64,000 nt of DNA, taken from Lingula anatina. Its lineage: Eukaryota; Animalia; Brachiopoda. The stretch is taken from assembly GCA_051362555.1 (NCBI GenBank), contig CM120640.1, positions 48,276,788 through 48,340,787 on the forward strand. The letters run 5' to 3'. The translations under genes and the position numbers were made by a program. This document shows, piece after piece, positions 53,701 through 64,000 of the stretch. The stretch's first letter is position 1, and each line of letters starts with the position of its first letter. The notes under the pieces are model-generated. The model was not told where the DNA came from and searched no databases. It saw only the letters and a list, made by a program, of their open reading frames with translations.

Positions 53701-55274
53701 TATGTTATGTTACAGATTTTTAAATATCTTGAAGAATAATTCAATTCTAATCTTAAAATTGAATTTATTGAGCCTACAAAACTTGATATCTTGAATTCTT
53801 TAGTCAAAAATAGAAAATCCCCAGAATTTTCTAAATGGAAAGCTTTTACATCGCAACATATATTATTCCTCATGTATATTAAAAATTGAACCTCTCCATG
53901 AGCATGTGGGAGTTTACCTTACATGCAGCTATCATCTGTCATACTCCCATGATGAAAACATAATCGTTTTTGGCAGCATTGACAGCTTATATAGCGAGAC
54001 AAAACTAAAAGTCACTTTTTAATTACTTCTTAGATGTATTTCTCAATTGCTGTGTTATCATCTGGAGACCATATCCAAATTACTCAGTACATATTTTTTC
54101 TGTAGTCCTTAATCTTTCATAAAATAAGCATGTGCCCTAGGGAAATTGAAAAGGACTATTTCACATCTCACAACGAATACTTTTTTGCTCGTTTATTTTA
54201 CTTGTTTGTCTCTGTTTGACAGAAATAGCTGCATACTTAAAGAAAAGATTCAAAAGTCATGCTATTACATTGCATGCAAATTGCATGGTTGAGCTTTCTT
54301 AAACTCACAGTACTGATACATGTTTACTGCTATTACAGTAATCTTGGCAACTGCAGTGGTCAAAATAGAAGACATTACTTATAGCTAAGAGCATTTATAC
54401 CTATACCATATAGATCTTCAGATGACAAAAAAACATCTCTAGAAATCACACAAAGTAGGTCTATTTCATTAAATAATACACTCATCTCTTAACAAAGTCT
54501 CCCCCTCCCCTTTCATTGCTCCCTCATGCATGTACCACAAACCAAATAACTCATGGGAGTATGGATCAAGCCAATAACTGAGTTTAGAGTCGACTGGGGA
54601 GGGAGGAATAATGGGCTGATCTGTATCAATCATAATCTTAATTTTGTATCTCTTTAATGCTGAAATTACTAGGAAAGGATCTAGAACTGACTGTACATGG
54701 TCTGAATCATTCTAGTGCACTGCAGCAAATTTCCATTTATAAATACTGTTAGATTAAAACTGTTTATTTCAATTATCTACAGGTATCTACAAATTAAAAA
54801 TCACATGAAACCATTATATGTACATTTAAGATAATAAAAATAAAAGAACAAAGAATGAATTGAGCATATACTGATATCTGATAATGCAAGTCACTCAACT
54901 CTTAACTGTTAACAGGTAACCAGTTTTAATAAATCCTAATGTTCAGGCTTGAACAGTTGATCTAGCATTGACCACAAGTTTATTTAATTATGCACCACTT
55001 CATCTCCTCTCTTTGGTAAGGTTCCATTGTGCCAGTGGAAGAGATATTTATTTGTAATTCATTTTAATTTTTTTTTACTTTCAGCTAAGTAACAATTCCT
55101 GGATGACTCTGGTAAATGACATTATCTGACAGATATGCCAAAATATTAGACTGTCTGAGTCAATTCTTAAAAAAAAAAGGGTGGGGGGGGGGGTGTTCAT
55201 GAAAAGCAATTGGAAGGCTTGGTTGTTTAACACCAATCTGACTGACCATTAAACAAACCCCAGACAGCCTCAGT

Positions 55275-55710
55275 GATCTGGCCCACGTCTGGCCCAGATC
55301 TGGCAACGTCTGGCAAAAGGTATGGCCCACGTATGGCTTGCCACATGTGGGCCAGATGTGGCAATGTTTGGGCCAGATCTGGCCCAGACATTGCCACATC
55401 TGGCCCAGTCCACATTTGCTCATGTGGCCAGATGTCGGCCCAGATCTGGCAATATCTGGCAAAGGTATGGCATGCCAGATGTGGACCAGATGTGGGCCAG
55501 ATCATATTCAAATGGGCCAGATTAGGGCCAGACATGGACCACATATGGCCCAGATTGTTTTTTTTTATTATTTCACATTTGCTCATGTGGCCAGATGTCG
55601 GCCCAGAACTGGCAATATCTGGCAAAGGTATGGCATGCCGGATGTGGACCAGAAGTGGGCCAGATTAGGGCCGGACATGGACCACATATGGCCCAGATTG
55701 TTTTTTTTTT
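55275..55710. repeat. Left subterminal array of the CACTA element, including a ~163-bp duplication
   Basis: Dense gccagatctggc/gccagatgtggc motifs with ~11-bp spacing. The block starting cacatttgctcatgtggccag occurs at 55411 and 55574, the second with a ~20-bp deletion. Confidence 0.9.
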
Positions 55711-56447
55711 CTTTTTTTTTAAATTATTTTTAATTATTCAATAAGATTACTATAAAAAAAAAAGACATACAAGATTCAAGATTCAAGTATTTATTCTGTG
55801 CTAAAACCCTAAACAAAATTATTACACATTATATAACCTTGCTGGCAACTAACATGTAACAAATTAAGGGTCACTCCTTGTCTTTTTGTACAAAACAATG
55901 TATGTTTGAAAAAAAAAACAAACTACACTGCAAAAAGGCAAATATACAGACACTTAACAGGAGGAAATGTCACTTACATACATGCAAAGAAAACAGTTAT
56001 AACAATTTTTTTTTCAACACAAAGCTGCTCATCGAATCTGAATTAACACAAATTACAAAAATTGTAATTAATTATGCATGTACATGGGGGGGGGGGGGGG
56101 GGAGGGGTTTGAGGGGGAAATATTTTTGCACACCTCAACCTAAATAATATTATACATTGTCATTTTTAAACTAATTCAAACATATCATTAATAATAATAA
56201 TCACTAATGAATATAGTTTTGTAATGAATAAATCTTGAATAATGAATGAAAAAACATTGTTTTTTAGATGATGGAGAGTTATAACAAAATTATAAATAAC
56301 CATGCAGTAACTGTTTCAATTCAATTTGCATGCTGGCTACAGTACTGTACATACATGTAAATTCTGAAAAAAAAAATATGTATACTCCAGCACAGATATA
56401 GATGTACAATTAAAAGAGAATTACATGTGCACAAAAACAAACCCCAG

Positions 56448-56661
56448 TATCAATGCTTTTGAATTAAATCGCATCACGAATCAAATCACTCAATGAATTG
56501 AACCAATTTGCAATGCTTGCGCTTTTTTCAAATCCATAACACTAAGAAATTATACATCCGGCTCCTTGACAAGCTTATAATTATTAAAGGAATCAACAAT
56601 GGAACAAGTAACTCTACCAAGTTAACAACAGTTCATTCAAATGTCAAGTCAAAACACAACA
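56448..56661 (-). repeat. 3' LTR
   Basis: Aligns to 57676 onward (shared taaatcgcatcacgaatcaaatcactcaa). On the minus strand it begins TGTTGTG right after the PPT. Confidence 0.85.
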
Positions 56662-56675
56662 TCCCTTCCTTTCTT
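56662..56675 (-). other. Polypurine tract
   Basis: Minus strand AAGAAAGGAAGGGA directly abutting the TG of the 3' LTR. Confidence 0.85.
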
Positions 56676-56840
56676 GGAGAGAAACGGTCCTTTCAAAACA
56701 TGTTAATTGACAGTTCAGTCTTTAAAATGTCTTTTCAAACATTTGCAGAATAGCATATGAACTCCAACTTTTATTCCTTAAACCACACTGAAAATTCTCA
56801 AAACTAATCAACTCATATCAAATCCCATGTCCTTTCACTA

Positions 56841-57070
56841 CTACTGGTCTCTTCCTTTGCTTGCCTTTACGTCACATTCAAATGTTCCCTTCACTTTTAA
56901 AGGTTTCTCAGACGTGTATGAATAATACTGTTTGTTTTCTGGTCCTCCACAAGAATCACATTTATTTTTCTTGGATTTCAGCATTCTCCATGTATTTTCA
57001 TCAATGATATTACAATATGCACCTGAATCTGGTAATACACTGAGATTAACACCTCTATTTCCTCCATGTC
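56841..57070 (-). pseudogene. Retropepsin (aspartic protease) remnant of the Gypsy element
   Basis: VNLSVLPDSGAYCNIIDENTWRML...YSYTSEKPLKVKGTFECDV: DSGA active-site motif and a typical downstream Y...PL.V.G.F pattern. Confidence 0.85.
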
Positions 57071-57319
57071 TTCTGTGTATATTGCATTGGTTCCCACACC
57101 AAATGTATATGCACTCCTGGATTATCATGTTCAAAGCTGTCATTTACATGAATAATAGTTTCAGTTTTGCAGACTTTTGCAAAGTGATCCAACGTTCCAT
57201 GTTTTTCTCAGTCAGGGAGTTTCTACTTCGTTTTTTATGTCTAAACTTGTAATGTTTAGACTGGCTTGGTTTGTCAAATGACTTCGGTTTCATCATACTC
57301 ACAGTTTCTGGTGTTCCAA

Positions 57320-57620
57320 TTTCATTCAAAGCGTTAACTGTCTTATGTACATTCATGTTTCTAACCTGTGTTTGGGAGAGTCCTGAAAAAATCTTGTACA
57401 CCTGTCCCTGCTGAATACAACACAAGCGCGCGTCTCCTCTGTCATGTATTTTTAATTTTCTATCTTTGTTCATTATTCATGCCGTCCGTTGGTTTTGAAA
57501 AGATCAATCTTTTCCATCAGCGAAGAGGTTAAAACTGTCTAGCCATCGCGTCGAGCGTGACCCTAATGTCTCTGGACTTCTGTACGGTTCGAATTCCGTA
57601 ATTTCACATTTTTCCTCCAT
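57320..57620 (-). pseudogene. Gag N-terminal remnant of the Gypsy element
   Basis: ATG at 57620: MEEKCEITEFEPYRSPETLGSRSTRWLDSFNLFADGKD*, then RALVLYSAGTGVQDF. This resembles the W..F...RALLLH.AG..VQDIF gag pattern. Confidence 0.75.
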
Positions 57621-57661
57621 TTTTTCAAAGAAAGTTGACTCACAGTTTTGCACTAGTGTTA

Positions 57662-57674
57662 ATCCTCGTCGCCA
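57662..57674 (-). other. Primer-binding site complementary to the tRNA-Ser(GCU) 3' end
   Basis: Minus strand TGGCGACGAGGAT, 1 nt after the LTR end ...CATCAACA. Metazoan tRNA-Ser(GCU) ends in AUCCUCGUCG-CCA. Confidence 0.85.
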
Positions 57675-57675
57675 G

Positions 57676-57891
57676 TGTTGATGCCTTCGAAATAAATCGC
57701 ATCACGAATCAAATCACTCAACGAATTGTATCAGTTTGATACGCTTGTGCTTTTTTCATATCCATAACTCTAAGAAACGCTACATCCGGGTCCTTGACCG
57801 GCTTAGTATAAAAAGCGGAATCTTACAACAGCGGAACGAGTAGTTCAAAAAAAGTTTTAGAACAGTGAATTCAGTGAAAACAAATAGCACA
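57676..57891 (-). repeat. 5' LTR (outer boundary approximate)
   Basis: Starts tgttgatg next to the PBS on the + strand. Direct repeat of 56448-56661, about 80-85% identical over the first ~130 bp by eye. Confidence 0.8.
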
Positions 57892-58029
57892 CTTATGAGG
57901 GGACTTTGAAGAAAAGAGAGAGAGATAAATTAAATCAAAATTTATCAAATGACGTCAGTTCAATGCATTCAGCTCACTGGTCAATAAAAAATAAATAAAT
58001 AGAAAATAAAAATTGAAAATGAAAGTACC

Positions 58030-58240
58030 ATATCTGGCCCAAGTCTGGGCAGCATCTGGCAAAATGTGGCATAAATGCCAGACTTTGCCAGACTTGGCCC
58101 AGATATGGCAAGTGTCTGGCAAAATGTGGCATAAATGCTAGACTTTGCCAGACTTGGCCCAGATCTGGCAAGTGTCTGGCAAAATCTGGCCCAGATATTG
58201 CCAGACGTTGCCAGATCTGGGCCAGATGTGGGCCAGATTA
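58030..58240. repeat. Right subterminal array of the CACTA element, with a 60-bp tandem duplication
   Basis: tctggcaaaatgtggcataaatgc(c/t)agactttgccagacttggcccagat repeated at a 60-bp period. Confidence 0.9.
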
Positions 58241-58827
58241 CTGAGGCTGTCTGGGACACTATCATCAAAAAACAATAATTTGATGATGAAAATTGTGGTT
58301 GAAAATCATAGCGTGTTCTATTTATGGATTACTTTTAGACTTAAACAACACACTATATAGAGACAACATGCAAGTTATATGTACAGTATATACCCCCAAA
58401 AACGATAAAACAGCAGGGAAAACTTCACACTTTGGTGTTGGGAAGTGCCTATTACTGTCCATATATTAATTATAGCTGTAAACAGTGGGTTAAGCATGAC
58501 TTCAGACCTATTCAAGGTGCCTTGCTATGTGATTACAGTCAACCCTGCAATCACCTCCTCTGCTGCTGTATCAGTGTACTAAGGGGTGGGTAGGGGTGTG
58601 CACTGGGGTAGGGGTGGGTTGGCTACATATGAGTTAGACAGCTTGATCATCTCAAATCCCACAGGGGCCTTTCATCCACATTCTGTAACAGCTAGAGTAG
58701 GCTGAGAAGACCCCTGGAAGAGGGAGCCTGTATCCCTTCTGAATTTCCAATCATCAAAATATTGGACCTTAACCATCTGTGATCATCTGTTAACAAATAA
58801 AATAATCTCCAAAGAAAAAGCACTCAA

Positions 58828-58830
<3 letters not shown>

Positions 58831-58860
<30 letters not shown>
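58831..58860. repeat. (CA)15 microsatellite
   Basis: Direct reading. Confidence 0.95.
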
Positions 58861-58863
<3 letters not shown>

Positions 58864-58954
58864 GGGCACTGGTCATAAATTACCCTCTTATATCATAGGG
58901 GTCACTAAAACAGTGTGTAAAATTTAATAAAATTAAATAAAAATTAAATTAAAG

Positions 58955-59213
58955 CTCTGTGAGATCTCACCCAATTCAGACATCTACTCTAATGTAACTA
59001 CCCCACCCCTTAAATGGTGGTTCAGTAGCAGAGGAAGTTCATAGTGTGCAGTTGGGTGTAATCACTCAGCTGTTAGGGGGTAATTAACTATCATTTACCA
59101 GCTTCAGTAAGCATGTCAGAAATCTAAGCCGCTTAAGCTGAATGCAATTCAGTGAGAATCCCCTCAGAGATGGGTCAATCCTGCTAGATCGATCTAGGTA
59201 TGGGAAAGGGTTC
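58955..59213. mobile_element. MITE family B, decayed copy 2 (opposite orientation)
   Basis: Shares the 22-bp core (inverted) and an agtgagaatccc...tagatcgatcta...atgggaa end with 6459-6668. Confidence 0.55.
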
Positions 59214-62200
59214 TACATCTGAGGCCATGCTTGACTTACATAAAATAACAGACTGGGGTGTGTTCCTCTTAATACCAAGGGGTGTGTCTGGTGAAGAGCA
59301 AGGAGCACATTCCTTATGACCATCTAAGTTCACACAGGGTCCGATATAATAGTTTTGTAACATACTATAAGCAAACCCTGCAGTGGTCAAAAAGTAGTCA
59401 GGATTTTCAGTATTCTCTGGACATATACAAATACAGATATCAGTAAGAATCATATGTTCTAATTCATTTAGGGTGGCAAAGGAGTTATCGATTTTTCTTG
59501 ACAGTCAGAAAGGCATCTGTTGCATGGGGTTTATTGATGACCGCATCACAAATTGTTTAAAGATGAGTGGATGATTTTAATATCACTACTGCCCAACAGC
59601 ATACATAGCAAATAGCATCTGAGCAAATGACATCAGTTTTCTATTTTAGTAAAGTTTACTTATAGAACGTGGCTAAAATGCCCTGTTTATTATGTCCAAA
59701 ATTAGTTCATATCACCAAGACCTAACATTTTAAATATGATCCGTAAAAATAATGTTCTAAGAAAGGTACCACATACTAGTATCTTTTACAGCAACATGGT
59801 TGCATACTGCAATTTTGCTTCATTCATAATTACTCTTCTTTGTGTGACATTCATCCTCTCTTTTTATATACTTGTCTTGCGCCCTCCCTCCACCCACCAA
59901 ACAAATATACAATGTATGTGCTCTTACAGCATGGTACTTATTTAGTATATGTGTAACAGAACCTGGATCTAATGTGAAGTGTCATACCAAATACTAATTT
60001 AAAGCATGCCATACATTGCAGTCTGTACACTGAATTTTGATATATGTACGTAAACACTACTACCAGTTTTAATATATTACTATATATGGATATGCCACTG
60101 ACCAGTGAGGCAAAAGCAATACATGTTCCCTGTAGTCATCACCATTACAATTCATTTCAACATTGTCCTACTGTACTGCTAATTTCCAGAAGAGGGACAG
60201 ATACTTAGATCTATGCAATTACCATTTGTCAAGCTCCCACACTTACATGTAGTACAAACATAGAGCTGAAATAGATCTTCTGCTCTACAATTTCTAATCA
60301 GAAAGCATGTGATCACCTTGATATAATTAAGGGGTGGGAGCTTCCAAGACAATAAAAACGCTTTATTGCATATTTTAACTATGATTTCCTCCTTCATCTC
60401 TCCCTATCTGACATGCAAACCATTTCAAAATTCACCAATGTTTGTAATCAAACAATAATGATGTCATTAATTATGTTTATTTAAGAATTAATGGGCCATT
60501 AATCCTCCTCCAATGGCGTCTCATGGCTTTTAAAAGGTGATCCTAGCCAAAATCAATGAAAAATCATTTTTCACTGAGAAAAAAACCACTTGATGTTGGA
60601 CAAAAGTCAGGTGTACATTACTGGGAAAAAAACTGACAAGTCAACTGATTTTGATCCAAATTCTCTAGAACATTTTATTGGCTATCAAACTTGTACCATA
60701 AGAATTGATAATCACAAATGCAAACAAGTATTTGCTTTAAACATGTATATACACAACTGGAAAAAAATGTCCTCTAATATTTCATTCAATTTTTATTGGA
60801 TTTAGTGAAGACATCAGAATACCAATTTCCAGATAAACAGATATCTATAGTATGACCCAATCAGTGAGCAGAGCCACCATTTTATAATACTACACACAAT
60901 TTAGATTTTTATTTGCCAATAATTAATTCTTCTTTATCTTTTACCCAAAAGGTCAAGGATGTGTATTTCACCATAAATATCACCCAAGCACAGATCGATA
61001 GATATGGGATTTCGTATTTCATAAAAGAGTGGTATAGCAGATACATCTACAATCTAAACTTTGAAAGAAATACATATTAAGTATCTCAGATGCCTGCAAG
61101 TTAAGGGTTTTCCCCTCAATAAAATGGAGCTTGTTTTTTAAGTACAAAAATGCACATGGCTTATTTTTTGTTTAAATGGTTTTTCCAGTAGCAATCCAAC
61201 CTTAATCAATTTTTTGTCTAAACATTGAGGCTAAGCATAGATCAATAAATTCACCATGCAAGAATCTCTTTTTTTAGTTGATTTGCCTGTATTTTTACAA
61301 TAAATGACTGATTAAAATAAAAATGAGAACCGGAAATCAAGATAAAGCCTTTCCAAATTGGTGGCATATGCTCTTAAAGAACACACTATGTTCTCATCCA
61401 TCACTTTCTGTTATGCAGTGGCAAATGTCCTCTCAGTTCAACTCCAGACTGTATATACTTTACAGAGATATTAGTAATAATTTGGGCACGTTCCATGTAA
61501 TCTGAGAACACTGCATCATCACCAGGTAACATGATATATTTGTGTCTGAAGAACATTGCATATTGATTTCTTTTCTTAATTTCGGAACAATCTTAATTAG
61601 AGAAGGTATACCGTCTAGACAACCTTAACATGTCCTATTTACAGCATGGAGATTATTTAATGCAATCATAGGCATCATCAACATTATCCTTTTTGTCTTT
61701 AGATGAGATCAAACTGTTTTCTTTCGGTTTGAACTTGTAGCCTAATGATCAAGAAATATTACAATTGACAATTAATAGAACATTAAACACCAATTAAGGT
61801 GGACTAGTTTATGTTTAGGGTGAACAATTAATGTAGGAGAAAATCAAAATATTTCGTGGTTGCTTTAGTACTTTTGGAGATTTTTCACTTTCTGATTTTT
61901 GGCAGCTACTACTTGAGTGTAACAAATTCTTTTTATCTGATTGCATGCAACTTCATATCTCATATCAATCATTCTGTATGAAACCAACCAAATAAAGTTA
62001 ACCACTTCTCGTCAGCAAAAATAAAGTACAAAATTGATTGAAATGACTCACTTCCTGCATTATTGCAGTTATCACATCGTAGTTCATGTCTTAGCTGCAG
62101 ATTGTACTGCAAGATATGGAAATTGAACAAAAAACATGTACGTATAAAAACATAAGAAAATGCAACATTCATACATCTTTTCAATTCAGTAAGAATGAAA

Positions 62201-62712
62201 GACCTCTCTGCTATGCTGGGACCCTATCATTGTTTGAGGAAATAAACAATACACAATACTGGGACAAAGGGAACTTAAATGAACCATCTCATGTAACATA
62301 AACAAACATGCACAGGACAAAAACCCTTACCCCATGATGTCTGTTTTCAACTGATTAAATTAACAGGAACAGCTAAGATCAAAGAGAGCAACAAAAAATA
62401 TATGCATATTGTTCATTTTTTGTTATTATCTAAAATGTCAAGTTCTTAAAAGAAAGATTATTTTTAAGCACCATGCATGCCACTACCTTGCTGACAAGGG
62501 GCTTCCATGTCACAACGGATTTCCTTTTCATTTATGAATAATGACCATTGCTGCCACAATATATGCCTCATGCAAAAGAAAGAAATCAAAACAAGTCACC
62601 TGAAGAAGAAAACAATACCCAGTCACACCAGGAGCTAAGTAGTAGAGCTGGAAGATGGATTTTAATACAATAGTTTGCGTAAAGATATACATATATCTAA
62701 TTCTCTTTACAG

Positions 62713-62828
62713 TGTATGGAAGACCTAATCTCTTACCAAGTTTTGACACACCACAGGTCAATGTGACGGTGATAGAAAACAAAGATGCCATGCTCCCATG
62801 CTCAGTGAATCATCTTGGAGAGCTCACT
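62713..62828 (+). CDS. Internal coding exon: N-terminal half of the first Ig domain of a Dpr/DIP/lachesin-like cell-adhesion protein
   Basis: Acceptor ctaattctctttacAG (AG 62711-62712) and donor GTAAGT (62829-62834). Phase 1 in, phase 0 out. Peptide YGRPNLLPSFDTPQVNVTVIENKDAMLPCSVNHLGELT matches P.F.....NVTV....A.LPC.V..LG, ending just before the expected V.W strand. Confidence 0.88.
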
Positions 62829-64000
62829 GTAAGTAAAAGGCTTCTTATTTCTAATGTTTATTTTCTTAATATAAAATTAAGATACTGAAACTATTACTTC
62901 ATCCTTCCATGAGAATTGCAGCTTGAGTATTTCTTTTGCTAAATAAGTTAAATTAGCAGATATATACAGGTATTTTCTCACACAGGTATGTCCAGTATAT
63001 TGTTACATGTACACCACATGGTATAAAAAAGAATGGAGTAAAAAATGCCTCTATCCAAATTACATCCTAAAACCAAATAAGATTTCATATTCACCACATA
63101 TGGTGTATGAAGAGAAAAAGGATATTCAAGTACCAAATATGAGACTCATAGCTACAATTGTGATAGGAAAAATTTCCAGAAACATGTTTGATTTTTGTAT
63201 AATATAATCTACACACGCATGTACTTTGATAGCACTACATGTACAGAGCTAGCAGTAAGGCTTGTTTGGAAAAGCCATCTTCACAGGAAAAGCTAATGCT
63301 ATATGATGTTTAGTTGTAAGATACTGGATTTGTACATTGGATATTCTTATAGTAATAAAAAAGGAGACATACATGCATAAAAATGACTGTGTAGAGGAAT
63401 GTGCATTTACTCGGAAACATTTATTGATGCACACGGGTACTTACAGCTATACTTCACCACAGACAAATGGCAGGCTGCATTATAAAGCACACCATCAACC
63501 TTCTGATCAATACCACTGAAATGTATGTTCACTTCAGATAAGAATACAACCCTTTAACAACTGTCACACTTCATGCCTATCACCTTAAAATGACCATGTG
63601 TACAGTATGAATCATCTCTAAAACCTACGCAGTCTTGCTATCTAGTACAGGAAGTAAACTAATTTTTTTAATGATCTTATGTAAAATTGATTGAGGTTTT
63701 AATGTCCATCTCCCTTATTACTTGCATGATCAAGCTATTTCACTTTGTGAACTCTGACACATGACTATTTTATAGGTAGAGCAAATTCAATTTGTTTCTC
63801 AGTTTGCCACTTACATGTCTTTTTTTTCAAAAATAATTAATTACCCACCTTGTAAGTCAAATTATTTTAAAACTAGTTGTATATTTCTCATAACTTTTGT
63901 TTAGCTCCATATGTCATTAATTTCCAAAATTAACTGTTGTTATCTAAATTTTGTTAAAAACGTAAAATGATCAGAATATGTCAAGAGGAAAATCACCACA

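Larger units (their letters stand above)
56448..57891 (-). mobile_element. Internally deleted Gypsy LTR retrotransposon (LTR-PBS-gag-protease-PPT-LTR)
   Basis: Two ~215-bp direct repeats, a tRNA-complementary PBS, a PPT, and gag and DSGA protease remnants in the correct order on the minus strand. No RT, RNase H or integrase; no TSD found. Confidence 0.88.
55259..58255. mobile_element. Non-autonomous EnSpm/CACTA (CMC) element, CCCAG...CTGGG termini, 2-bp TSD AC
   Basis: 58-bp TIR with 2 mismatches (55259-55316 / 58198-58255). AC at 55257-55258 and 58256-58257. Subterminal arrays of GCCAGATCTGGC-like palindromic motifs at both ends. Confidence 0.9.

Noticed and set aside
55275-58240. CRISPR-like or coding interpretation of the GCCAGATCTGGC repeats
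   Set aside because: No unique regularly sized spacers or cas genes, eukaryotic context, and explained as CACTA subterminal arrays.
59736-59945. Hydrophobic ORF as the signal-peptide exon of the Ig gene
   Set aside because: No good phase-1 donor after the hydrophobic stretch; T-rich DNA readily yields such peptides.
495-62301. Most 60-140-aa ORFs in the supplied track
   Set aside because: Composition reflects AT-rich noncoding DNA or repeats; no domain motifs or convincing splice context.
63384-63440. C..EC.F...HLLMHTG resembling a C2H2 zinc finger
   Set aside because: Cys/His spacing is wrong, it is a single isolated motif, and there is no splice support.

Overview
AT-rich, CpG-poor eukaryotic (metazoan) DNA, not prokaryotic. 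The frequent ACATGT/TACATGTA motifs and the repeat types suggest a lophotrochozoan such as a mollusc (inference). The only convincing host coding sequence is a 116-nt internal exon (62713-62828, +) encoding the N-terminal half of a Dpr/DIP/lachesin-like Ig domain. The preceding ~62 kb looks like a very large intron or 5' gene desert, and nearly all short ORFs in the track are spurious. The readable structure is mostly transposable elements. These are three 3-bp-TSD PIF/Harbinger-like MITE copies (one split by a young 831-bp element with 110-bp TIRs and a 5-bp TSD), CAGG-terminated MITEs, a 39-bp P-like micro-element with a 7-bp TSD, a truncated Kolobok-like transposase remnant, a possible decayed YqaJ nuclease, and a 3-kb non-autonomous EnSpm/CACTA element enclosing an older, internally deleted Gypsy element. 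The two most unusual signals are a 44-bp-arm hairpin with a GCGAAGC cap and two CGAG/CGAG tandem G-A mismatches (an ssDNA-folding signature), and the inverted age order of the CACTA/Gypsy composite. I cannot demonstrate a wholly new biological system from sequence alone. Family assignments come from motif recognition by eye, not database searches.
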